Assembly: GCA_963663405.2 (NCBI GenBank)
Contig: CAXXSM010000132.1
Location: 235,102 to 299,101 of the forward strand
Direction: 5' to 3'
DNA length: 64,000 nt
Origin: a bacterium
GTDB taxonomy: Bacteria > Hinthialibacterota > Hinthialibacteria > Hinthialibacterales > Hinthialibacteraceae
Within the stretch, counting starts at the first letter, position 1. Each line of letters starts with the position of its first letter. The notes under the pieces are model-generated. The model had not been told where the DNA came from and made no database searches. It saw nothing but the letters and a program-made list of their open reading frames with translations. The position numbers were made by a program, and so were the translations under genes. Below, one piece after another: positions 35,043-43,651 of the stretch.

Positions 35043-35252
35043 AAGTGGTATACCTCCTCCTGCGTTTTGCTATCTATCTTATAGGAGAACAAATCGAATT
35101 GATATATCACGAGCCGCTGAAAAGAAATAAAAATTCATTGAATGGAGCGTGGGTATAATTTGAGCTTTTCAATCTATATTTTGTTTTCAATGGGCTTGTT
35201 TCTGGTAATGAGAAACGAAGATTAGGATCGCCCAGAGTATATATCAATCAGC

Positions 35253-35392
35253 TGGGTAGCAAAGTGAAGGCTTTTTTCTTCCCTTGCATAATTGCCGGAT
35301 CGTAGGCCAGGACAGAAAAAAGCCTTGCCCTGGGCACCCGCAGAATGAAGTAAAGGCTCCGGCGAAAGCGCCGGTACTTGCCCTGGGCGCCC
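35253..35392. repeat. Cluster of REP-like hairpins (AGGGCAG...TTGCCCT family)
   Basis: AAAAGCCTTGCCCT and AGTAAAGGCTCCGGCG-nnn-GCGCCGGTACTTGCCCT; the same motifs recur at 56016-56116. Confidence 0.65.
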
Positions 35393-35463
35393 GCGATCCG
35401 CCCGTAGAAAACAAAATAATCATTCTATAAACAAAGCGATTCTATCTTTCTGCCAATGACATC

Positions 35464-35513
35464 AATCCTCATCCTGAATATCCTGCTTATCCTGTCTATC
35501 CGGATTCAGACAA
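35464..35513 (+). repeat. ATCC-periodic repeat ending GATTCAGACAA (copy 1)
   Basis: ATCCTGAATATCCTGCTTATCCTGTCTATCCGGATTCAGACAA; second copy at 38114-38162. Confidence 0.6.
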
Positions 35514-35615
35514 AAACTAAATCCTACATACAATCAAGTCATCACAAAATTATCGATAGAATTGTTATCTCATTCAAAAATAATGCTATGATAATGGGAA
35601 AAAGGGGTTGATGAA

Positions 35616-35861
35616 ATGGCGAAGGTAACGATTTCACTACCGGATTCAATGAGCGAATATATTTCAGATCGCATTAGATCCGGCCCTTATGAAAGTAAAA
35701 GTGAATATTTCCGTGATCTAGTGCGCCGGGATCAAGAGCATTTTGAATCATTGCGGCGCGAGCTGATTAAGGGTGAGCAAAGCGCGGAAAGTTCCCTCTC
35801 TCCCGAAGACATATTGAACCGGGCGCGGGCGCGCGCTAAATTCATAAGTGATCTGACATAA
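35616..35861 (+). CDS. ParD-like (CC2985-type) RHH antitoxin, no adjacent toxin
   Basis: TISLPDSMSEYI...SGPYESKSEYFRDLVRRD...LRRELIKGEQS pattern. Confidence 0.8.
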   Translation: MAKVTISLPDSMSEYISDRIRSGPYESKSEYFRDLVRRDQEHFESLRRELIKGEQSAESSLSPEDILNRARARAKFISDLT

Positions 35862-35888
35862 AGAAACAATTGAACTGGAGGGAATGGT

Positions 35889-36932
35889 ATGAATTGCGAT
35901 GTCTGGAATTGGAAGCGTATTCATTATGTTACTGCTCTAATTTTTGCATCCACGATTATCTTAATCTTTTCTTCGAACGCATCAGCGTTTGAATATCAAC
36001 GCGAAGCGATGGAAACATTCGCCGCGTTGTTGAAAATACCTGTTGAAGCGCCATCCGTTGATGTCACTGTCCAAAGCCGTACAGAAGAAGAAGGCTTGAT
36101 TATAGAAGATATCCGCTGGCCGTCGTGGAAGGGGGAACAGCCGATCGCTTTTGTGATCCGTCCGGCGCAGGCGAAAGAACCGCTTCCCGCGATTGTCTGC
36201 CTTCATGGAACAGGCGGCAGCCGCGAAGCGATGTGTACGCGCGAATTCGGCCGGGGAACCTGGACGCGCTATGGATACTCGGAATCCCATCAACGCCTGA
36301 AAGGCTGGGCCAGGGAACTCGCCCGCAGGGGCTATCTCGTTCTCGCCATGACCCAGCGGGGCTTGGATTGCCGCACACCAAACACGAACGATCAAGCCAA
36401 AGATTTACTCGCGCGTGGGAAGACGCTCATGGGAGCGATCGTCTATGAAATCCGCCAGGCCGTTACGCATTTATGCGAGCGGCCCGATACCGATCCCAAC
36501 CGGATTGGCATGACGGGTATGTCGTTCGGCGGGATCACGACGTTTTATACTTGGCTGGTTGATGAAAGAATCGGCGCGGCTGCCCCGCTTTGTGGAGGCG
36601 TTGGATCTGTGGATGTGTTTCTCAAGATTGGGGCGCGGGGATATCATGGCTTCTATTGGTGGATCCCTGATATGCTAACCAAAGGCGATCAGGGAGATTT
36701 CGCCGCCGCAATGGCTCCACGGCCTTTGATGCTCTGGGCTCCATTGGAAGATATCGGCATGCCCAAGGAAGGTGTTGACCGCTTTTTGGATGTGGTTCGT
36801 CCCGCGTATGAAAGCGCCGGGCGCCCGGACGCGCTCGTAATCCACCGGAATCCAGGAGAACACAGTTTTTCTATGGAAGCGTTTGAAGCGATGGTGGATT
36901 TCTTTGACGATCAGTTCCGAGTTTCCAGGTAA
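35889..36932 (+). CDS. Secreted alpha/beta hydrolase (acetyl-xylan esterase-like)
   Basis: LHGTGG, GMSFGG nucleophile elbow, C-terminal GEH. Confidence 0.75.
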   Translation: MNCDVWNWKRIHYVTALIFASTIILIFSSNASAFEYQREAMETFAALLKIPVEAPSVDVTVQSRTEEEGLIIEDIRWPSWKGEQPIAFVIRPAQAKEPLPAIVCLHGTGGSREAMCTREFGRGTWTRYGYSESHQRLKGWARELARRGYLVLAMTQRGLDCRTPNTNDQAKDLLARGKTLMGAIVYEIRQAVTHLCERPDTDPNRIGMTGMSFGGITTFYTWLVDERIGAAAPLCGGVGSVDVFLKIGARGYHGFYWWIPDMLTKGDQGDFAAAMAPRPLMLWAPLEDIGMPKEGVDRFLDVVRPAYESAGRPDALVIHRNPGEHSFSMEAFEAMVDFFDDQFRVSR

Positions 36933-37987
36933 GGTTGGATTGTTCCTCCACCAAGAATCTCATCCCCTTTCGATACAACCAGCGCCTGTCCTGGCGCCAC
37001 GCCGTACTGTGGTTCGTTGAATTCCAGCGTGAATCCTCCTTCTTGGATACGGGTAATGATTCCAAGAGCGGGGACATGGCGGGAGCGAATTTGGCCGAGA
37101 ACTTCATCGCCGGTTTGTGGTTCATGAATCCAGCGTGAATCGAAAGTATTCACGATTCGTTTTCCTAATTCCTCCCATTTACCTACAATAACGGTGTTCC
37201 TTTTCGGGTCGATCGCGCAGACATAGAACGGCCCTCCCGAAAGGCCCAAACCCCGCCGTTGTCCAACCGTATAGTGAATTACGCCCCTATGCGTTCCCAA
37301 AACAGTTCCTTTTTGATCCAGGATAGGGCCTTCTTGGGAGGGGATACGCTCCGCGAGAAATTCAGTATACGGGCGGCCTAGCGTGAAACAGATATCCTGA
37401 CTCTCCGGTTTATCCGCCGTGACGAGACCTAGATGCGAAGCGATGGCCCGGACCTCTTCCTTCTTTTTATCTCCCAGCGGAAAGAGGATTTTTTGCAGTA
37501 AGTGTTTAGGGATACCGTAGAGAAAGTAACTCTGATCTTTCTCCCGATAATTCGCCCGGTAGAGCCGGGGCGCGCCGGTTTCATCCTGTTCAATTCGCGC
37601 GTAATGGCCTGTGGCGGCGAATTGGTAATCCCATTCCAGCGCCAGCCCGAAGGCTTCCTCAAAACGAACGAAACTGTTGCAATGCACGCATGGATTCGGA
37701 GTCAATCCATTTTCATAACTGCGGATGAAAGGAACGATGACGTTCTCATGGAAATTCTTCGCCGTGTCAATCGAACAGTGAGGAATCCCCAGCGTTTCCG
37801 CCGCATGTTTGGCGTCGCGGATATCTTTTTGGGAACAACACCCGCCTTCCTCCCCGCTGGGATCGACGGAACGGAGCTGCATCATCGTAACGCCGACAAC
37901 ATCGTATCCCTGCTCCAGCAAGAGCGCTCCCGCCACGCTGCTATCCACTCCCCCGCTCATCAATAACAGTACCGTTCCTTTAGACAT
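36911..37987 (-). CDS. mnmA: tRNA 2-thiouridylase
   Basis: MSGGVDSSV, TPNPCVHCN, ATGHYA, KDQSYFL, ESQDICF, YTVGQRRGL. Confidence 0.97.
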   Translation of the reverse strand: MSKGTVLLLMSGGVDSSVAGALLLEQGYDVVGVTMMQLRSVDPSGEEGGCCSQKDIRDAKHAAETLGIPHCSIDTAKNFHENVIVPFIRSYENGLTPNPCVHCNSFVRFEEAFGLALEWDYQFAATGHYARIEQDETGAPRLYRANYREKDQSYFLYGIPKHLLQKILFPLGDKKKEEVRAIASHLGLVTADKPESQDICFTLGRPYTEFLAERIPSQEGPILDQKGTVLGTHRGVIHYTVGQRRGLGLSGGPFYVCAIDPKRNTVIVGKWEELGKRIVNTFDSRWIHEPQTGDEVLGQIRSRHVPALGIITRIQEGGFTLEFNEPQYGVAPGQALVVSKGDEILGGGTIQPYLETRN

Positions 37988-38040
37988 GGTGTATCCTTAT
38001 CTCTTATTATCGAAATTATTATACCGGCATTGTGGATGAA

Positions 38041-38062
38041 TGGACCGCGGGCGTCCCGCCCG
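38041..38062 (+). repeat. Short REP-like palindrome TGGA(C/G)CGCGGGC(G/A)TCC(C/T)GCCC (copy 1)
   Basis: Second copy at 50326-50346 right after pheS. Confidence 0.55.
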
Positions 38063-38113
38063 TGGAAAGAAGGCTGTCTTTTCGTTTTCCGGGTGTAATG
38101 ATAGAGCCTAATG

Positions 38114-38162
38114 AATCTTATCCTGAAAATCCTTTTATCCTGGCAATCTTGATTCAGACAAA
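38114..38162 (+). repeat. ATCC-periodic repeat ending GATTCAGACAA (copy 2)
   Basis: AATCTTATCCTGAAAATCCTTTTATCCTGGCAATCTTGATTCAGACAA. Confidence 0.6.
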
Positions 38163-38178
38163 GAGTGAGACCGCGTAT

Positions 38179-39258
38179 ATGAATTGGATGTCCCTCGCCG
38201 ATCAAAATAAAAAAGAACTCCGCCGGATTCTATTAGACTGGTTCCGCCGGACCGCCCGCGATCTCCCCTGGCGGCGTACGCGCGATCCCTATTGCATATG
38301 GCTTTCTGAAATTATGCTCCAGCAAACCCGTGTTGAAGCGGTGATCGCCTTTTACCAGCGATTTCTTGAAACGTTCCCAACGTTAGAATCTCTCGCCGCC
38401 GCGCCGGAAGACCATGTACTCAAACAATGGGAAGGGCTTGGTTATTATTCCCGCGCGCGGAATCTGCGGCGGACCGCAAAGATTTTAGTTGAAGAATATG
38501 GCGGGAATATCCCGCGGACGCTTGAAGAATGGCGCCGCTTGCCTGGCGTGGGACGGTATACGGCGGGGGCGGTTGTGAGTATCGCCTTTGGAGTTCCCGC
38601 GCCGGTTGTGGATGGAAACGTCAAACGGGTATTCGCCCGTCTCTTCTGCGTCGAAGATTGTGTCAATGACGCAAAGACGGTTGACGCGTTTTGGGAGGCG
38701 GCGGAACGGTTGCTTTCCAGACGGGCGCCGGGGAATTTCAATCAATCATTGATGGAACTTGGCGCCCGAATCTGCATTCCTAAAAAGCCCCGGTGTGGGG
38801 AGTGTCCCGTTCAGACATATTGTGAGGCGTATAAGAATAATATGGCCGAATCACTCCCTATTAAACGTTTGAAAAAGACGCCTCCCCACGCCGAAGTTGT
38901 AGCAGCGGCGATTCGTAAAAATGGACGGTATCTGCTGGGGAAACGTCCACATGGAGGGATGCTAGGCGGCTTGTGGGAATTCCCCGGCGGCAAAGTGGAA
39001 AAGGGAGAGACGCATGAAGAAGCGTTGCGCCGCGAAATCATGGAAGAACTAGGGATTGAAGTAGAGATTACGGAATTGCTAACTTCCGTCGATCACGTCT
39101 ACTCGCATCTCACCGTGACCATACATCTTTATTCATGCCGGCAGCTAGGCGGTAAACCGAAGCCGTTATATCACAGCGAACTCAAATGGGTGTCCCGCGC
39201 GCGATTCGAGGAATTCGCGTTCCCCGCCGCTAATATTAAGTTCTTTCCATTTCTGTAA
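38179..39258 (+). CDS. mutY: A/G-specific adenine glycosylase with C-terminal MutT-like Nudix domain
   Basis: WLSEIMLQQT, WEGLGYYSRARN, HhH LPGVGRYTA, VDGNV, FeS CxxxxxxCxxCxxxxxC; Nudix box GKVEKGETHEEALRREIMEELGI. Confidence 0.95.
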   Translation: MNWMSLADQNKKELRRILLDWFRRTARDLPWRRTRDPYCIWLSEIMLQQTRVEAVIAFYQRFLETFPTLESLAAAPEDHVLKQWEGLGYYSRARNLRRTAKILVEEYGGNIPRTLEEWRRLPGVGRYTAGAVVSIAFGVPAPVVDGNVKRVFARLFCVEDCVNDAKTVDAFWEAAERLLSRRAPGNFNQSLMELGARICIPKKPRCGECPVQTYCEAYKNNMAESLPIKRLKKTPPHAEVVAAAIRKNGRYLLGKRPHGGMLGGLWEFPGGKVEKGETHEEALRREIMEELGIEVEITELLTSVDHVYSHLTVTIHLYSCRQLGGKPKPLYHSELKWVSRARFEEFAFPAANIKFFPFL

Positions 39259-39268
39259 AACGGCGTTT

Positions 39269-39826
39269 CTATTTTGGGAACAGTTTCAAGGGATCGGAGA
39301 AAGCGTCTTCGTTGTCTTGAATACTAAGAATCATTCGTTGCAGCTCTTTCGTAGGTGCGGTTAAAACAATCCGCTCGTCTCCGAACTCCATTGAATCGAT
39401 ACGAATTTTTCTATCCTCAATCGCTTCCTGGAGCCATTCGAGTGAGAGGAATTCGATTTCGATGCGGCTCCCTTTGATTAACACGCGCGCGAAGGAATGA
39501 GCGGGGATGAGATGGAGCGAATAAAACTCATTCAATTCAGCGGATTCCTGCGGATAGAAATCGAGGAATGTCTCATCTTCCAACCGCACGAGACAGACGT
39601 CAAACATCGAGACCATCTCATCTTCCGTGTATGTCAATTCATAGAAATCCTCCGATCCCCGTTCAAACCGCCAAGTTGATTTCTCATCCTCATCAGTCCA
39701 GGTACCGAGTAATTTTTGGTCGAATTCGATATCCTTGTCCGTATAGAGCGGATAGATCGATGGCACGATGCATCCGGTTATAAAAGGAAGAATGATGAGA
39801 ATGAACAAGAATCGTTTAGTTTTCAC
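39269..39826 (-). CDS. Hypothetical lipoprotein
   Basis: Lipobox ITGC after a hydrophobic stretch; co-oriented directly after a DUF4139-like gene. Confidence 0.7.
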   Translation of the reverse strand: MKTKRFLFILIILPFITGCIVPSIYPLYTDKDIEFDQKLLGTWTDEDEKSTWRFERGSEDFYELTYTEDEMVSMFDVCLVRLEDETFLDFYPQESAELNEFYSLHLIPAHSFARVLIKGSRIEIEFLSLEWLQEAIEDRKIRIDSMEFGDERIVLTAPTKELQRMILSIQDNEDAFSDPLKLFPK

Positions 39827-39840
39827 GGCCGCCTTCTCCT

Positions 39841-41490
39841 TTATCCACGAACGTATACCTGATAGGTGTAGATCAATTTAATCTGATTGTCTTTACCCGG
39901 TTTTACGTCGACTGTCCAGACGAGCTGGCTTGTTGGATTGACCATCCGAAGTCCGGACGCCAGTTTCACGATTTCAGGATCGCCGGTGGTTTCTTGGATT
40001 TCGCCGATCAGCGTTTTCGTGATTTCAACGGTCACGTCTTCGGTTTTATAATTCGTTAATTCCAATTCTCCCTTGATCGTAACAAGATCGTAATTGGAAT
40101 GATAGAACTGTGCGGCGTTCCTTCTGCGTTCGGTTTCGTATTCGTTTTGTTCCCCTTTGATGGAGATGGCATGGGTGATTTTCAGTTCGGACGACGCGTT
40201 TGGGGGGGTGTATTTGATCGTATCCTGTCCGAGAATGTGTCCGTCTTTAACGGTCATGGCGGGCGCCGTGGTCCAGGGCTGACCGGTTGTATTTGTCAGG
40301 CGCAGTGAATGCCAGACAACTTGTGGCGCCTGCGGCTGGTTCTGCTGATAGCTGTTGTTTGGATCGATGTAATTGGGAATTTCCCATGTATAAAGATGTT
40401 CGTAGGGAATCTCTCCCGCGAAGAGCGGGTAATAACCACGTTCTCCCTTTTTAAGCGTTACATTATCCACCGGATAAAAATAGAGATCCTCCGCGCTCTC
40501 TCCCATCACCGGTTCGACCGGCATGGAGGGTGTGAACGCTTCGGCGGTGTTTGAGATCATCATTTGTTGGCTGATTTGGCTGCCTACGTTGAAACGCTCA
40601 TTTCTCCGGCCAAATGATCGGATTCGCTCAAGGATTTGTTGAACCGGTTGCAGGGAAAAAGCGCTGTTTACTGAATCGAATTGAATATGGGGGAAACCAG
40701 CGATCAATTCTACACGGGTGTCTTGCAATGGAATTAAATCGTTGACAATGACTGATTTGGATGAAAACAGGGCTTTCTCTTTCTTCGATATATCAACTAC
40801 ATAGCTCGGCGCCCAAGCGGATCCTTGACCCAAAAACGTCAACGTGATGATAGGTTTTTTTGAAGAGGCGCCAGTGGAGGAGGCGGTAAATTCGACGACG
40901 TTTTCCACTTTCGGCCGTTCAATGAAATAATTCGTCTCTTCCGATGGGAACCGCACTTGTTGTATCCAATTTATTGGGATGCCTTGGACGCCCATTGTAT
41001 CTTTTATGAGGATCAACTCACCTCGCTCCGGGGGATTGGGGACGGGGATGACATTCTCCGGGTGAAGTGGAATTATCGTTCCGTCATGACGGCTGGGGAT
41101 ATCCACGATCTTGACCCGGTTCCATTGATCGCGGAATTTTACGTCTAAGGTTTCACCGATATTCGCTTCGAGCAGCTCCCCGATGTTTGCGGCTTTTACT
41201 TTTTCCAACGTCTGAACCTGCGTGGCTTTGATATTGGTTAGTGTGATAGTCTCTGGCCAGCTGATCCAGAAACTGCCAAGCAGCGCGTCCGGCAAGGGCC
41301 GCAGGCGATACGTCCCTGAATCTTCCGGCAGTTCCGCTTGCAGAACCGCCAGCGCCACACCGTTCTTGAATGTGGAAACGCTGACCGCTTTCGCTTGAAT
41401 CGTATGGACCTCTTCCTCCGCGAAAAGCGCAGTGGGAAAGAGAAGCGTAGTTAATCCGAGCGTCAGGGCGATGGATTGTTTGCGTAACAT
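39841..41490 (-). CDS. DUF4139/DUF4140-like secreted protein (paralog 1)
   Basis: Signal peptide; VSVSTFKNG start, WAPSYVVDI, C-terminal YTYQV; similar to 41898-43556 over its whole length. Confidence 0.65.
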   Translation of the reverse strand: MLRKQSIALTLGLTTLLFPTALFAEEEVHTIQAKAVSVSTFKNGVALAVLQAELPEDSGTYRLRPLPDALLGSFWISWPETITLTNIKATQVQTLEKVKAANIGELLEANIGETLDVKFRDQWNRVKIVDIPSRHDGTIIPLHPENVIPVPNPPERGELILIKDTMGVQGIPINWIQQVRFPSEETNYFIERPKVENVVEFTASSTGASSKKPIITLTFLGQGSAWAPSYVVDISKKEKALFSSKSVIVNDLIPLQDTRVELIAGFPHIQFDSVNSAFSLQPVQQILERIRSFGRRNERFNVGSQISQQMMISNTAEAFTPSMPVEPVMGESAEDLYFYPVDNVTLKKGERGYYPLFAGEIPYEHLYTWEIPNYIDPNNSYQQNQPQAPQVVWHSLRLTNTTGQPWTTAPAMTVKDGHILGQDTIKYTPPNASSELKITHAISIKGEQNEYETERRRNAAQFYHSNYDLVTIKGELELTNYKTEDVTVEITKTLIGEIQETTGDPEIVKLASGLRMVNPTSQLVWTVDVKPGKDNQIKLIYTYQVYVRG

Positions 41491-41634
41491 TAATTTGTCT
41501 CCTTGATTGCTTTGTTTAATGTGGATTGTACGCCTTGAATCTAGGTCTATTCAGATTAAACGGAGCAACGCCGGGGAAGTTAGAGATTTCTGATATTTTT
41601 TTATTTTTGGAAAGATGGACGCTTATTTTGACAT

Positions 41635-41862
41635 TTAATGGCTTAAACTGGCATGAGCCACCGTTATTTCGCAATCAGGAGGAAGAGATTTACCTTCCTC
41701 CTGGTATTCCTCTTGTATCATATCGAACACATTGTGGAGTTCGCTTTGAGCTTCACTTGGATTATTTCCAAGCGCGTGACAGCCGGGAATTGCGGGTAAA
41801 TGAGCTACATATGTGCCGTTATCATCCGGACGAATAACAAGAGTATAATCTTCAAACCGCAT
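41635..41862 (-). CDS. hicB: HicB-family antitoxin, no intact HicA adjacent
   Basis: YTLVIRPDDNGTYVAHLPAIPGCHALG...EAQSEL...EEGKSLP, typical HicB; AGGAGG SD. Confidence 0.8.
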   Translation of the reverse strand: MRFEDYTLVIRPDDNGTYVAHLPAIPGCHALGNNPSEAQSELHNVFDMIQEEYQEEGKSLPPDCEITVAHASLSH

Positions 41863-41897
41863 GATTTTCCTCCTGTTTTTCTTCACATTATATATCA

Positions 41898-43556
41898 TTA
41901 AGCCCGTGTGTATACAAGATACGAATATTTTAGCTGTATCTTATTGTCAATGCCGGGTTTGACAGTGACAGTCCAAATGATCTGGGTGGATGAATTGACT
42001 CGCCGAAGACTCGACGCCAGTTTGACTGTTTTCGGATCGCCGGTAGTTTCAATAATGTCACCAACGATTGTTTTCTTGATTTCGACTGTCACATCCTCAT
42101 TTTTATAATTCGTCAATTCCAATTCCCCTTGGATCGTGACGAGATCGTAATTCATATTGTATAACTGTGTCACGTTTCGTTGCCGGTCGGTTTCGTATTC
42201 TTTCTGTTCCGCTTTGATGGAAAGGGCGTGCGCAATCTTTAAATCCGACAGCGCGTTTGGTGGGGTATATGGGATCGTATCCTGTCCGAGAATGTGTCCG
42301 TCTTTAACGGTCATAGCCGGAGCGGTCGTCCAGGGCTGACCCGTTGTATTCTTCAGACGCAGGGAATGCCAAACCGTCTGTTCGCTGTGCGATTCTTCAT
42401 GCGGGCGCCGGTTGTCAGGATCGAGGTAATTTGGTATTTCCCACGTGTAGATATGTTCGTAGGGAATCTCTTTAGCGAAGAGTGGATAATAGCCGCGCTC
42501 GCCTTTTTTCAGTGTGACATCTTCCACTGGATAGAAATAGAGGTCCTCTGCGCTTTCTCCCATCACCGGTGTTGATGGCATGGTTGGAGGGGAAGAGAAA
42601 ATGGCGTATACAAAAGGTTCCGGCTGAGATACTTGGGTGCCCACGTCATAACGTTCCCTCCTACTCCTCTTCCTTGAGCGAATCCCTTCGATGATTTTTT
42701 CAATTGGCTGTAGAGAGAATGCGCCGTCAACTTCATCGAACTCAATATGAGGGAATCCAGCGATTAATTCCACATGTGTGTTCTTCCACGGCATTAAGTC
42801 GTTGATAATAATGGATTTGGATGATAATTGGGCTTTCTCTTTCTTGGAAATATCCACTACATAACTCGGCGCCCATGCGGCCCCTTGGCTTAGTACTGTC
42901 AGCGTGATGGGAACCGATTTCTTCACCGGGGTGGCTCCATCAGCGGGTTGGGCGGTGAATTCCAAGACATTTTCAACACTCGGCCGGTTGATGTGATAAT
43001 TTACATTGGTGGATGGAAACTGCGCTTCTTGAATCCAACCTTTTGGGACCACACGGATACCCACCGACGCTTCCAAGATGATTACATCACTGCGCTTTTG
43101 AGAAATGGTTTGAGTGATTATATCCCTATGTTGTGGTTGAGTCTTCTGTTCATTTGGGTGGGGGATGTCCACGATTTTGACACGGGCCCATTTATCTTGG
43201 ATTCTTAAATCCAACGTCTGGCCGATATTCGCTTCCAATATTTCTTCAATACTGGCGGCCAATATTTTTTCCTGCGTTTGGGCTTGCGTGGCTTTTATAT
43301 TGGATAGGGTCACATTTTCCGGCCAGCCGATCCAGAAACTGCCAAGCAGCGAGTACGGTAATGGCCGCAGGCGGTAGTGTCCAGAATTTTCCGGCAATTC
43401 CGTTTCGAGAACGGCCATGACAACACCGTTCTTAAATAGAGATACGCTGGTCACTTTCGCCTCAAGCGTTGCAGGTTCTTCCTCGGATAATAGCGGGGTG
43501 GGAAAAAAGAGGGCTGTTAGAAAAAGAGTCAGGGCGATGGTTTTCTTCGGTGTCAT
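41898..43556 (-). CDS. DUF4139/DUF4140-like secreted protein (paralog 2)
   Basis: Shares blocks such as PVMGESAEDLYFYPV and TTGQPWTTAPAMTVKDGHILGQDTI with paralog 1. Confidence 0.65.
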   Translation of the reverse strand: MTPKKTIALTLFLTALFFPTPLLSEEEPATLEAKVTSVSLFKNGVVMAVLETELPENSGHYRLRPLPYSLLGSFWIGWPENVTLSNIKATQAQTQEKILAASIEEILEANIGQTLDLRIQDKWARVKIVDIPHPNEQKTQPQHRDIITQTISQKRSDVIILEASVGIRVVPKGWIQEAQFPSTNVNYHINRPSVENVLEFTAQPADGATPVKKSVPITLTVLSQGAAWAPSYVVDISKKEKAQLSSKSIIINDLMPWKNTHVELIAGFPHIEFDEVDGAFSLQPIEKIIEGIRSRKRSRRERYDVGTQVSQPEPFVYAIFSSPPTMPSTPVMGESAEDLYFYPVEDVTLKKGERGYYPLFAKEIPYEHIYTWEIPNYLDPDNRRPHEESHSEQTVWHSLRLKNTTGQPWTTAPAMTVKDGHILGQDTIPYTPPNALSDLKIAHALSIKAEQKEYETDRQRNVTQLYNMNYDLVTIQGELELTNYKNEDVTVEIKKTIVGDIIETTGDPKTVKLASSLRRVNSSTQIIWTVTVKPGIDNKIQLKYSYLVYTRA

Positions 43557-43651
43557 CGGTGTTTCTCCTTTTTGTTATAGATAAGAAACGAACTCCAGTT
43601 TAAAATTCGCTCTTATTAGGATATAACGCCGATGCGATGAAAAAGTTATAT

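Noticed and set aside
39841-43556. DUF4139-like pair as DGR template/variable repeats or an assembly duplication
   Set aside because: Differences are spread over the whole length and not adenine-specific; no reverse transcriptase; too diverged for an assembly artefact.
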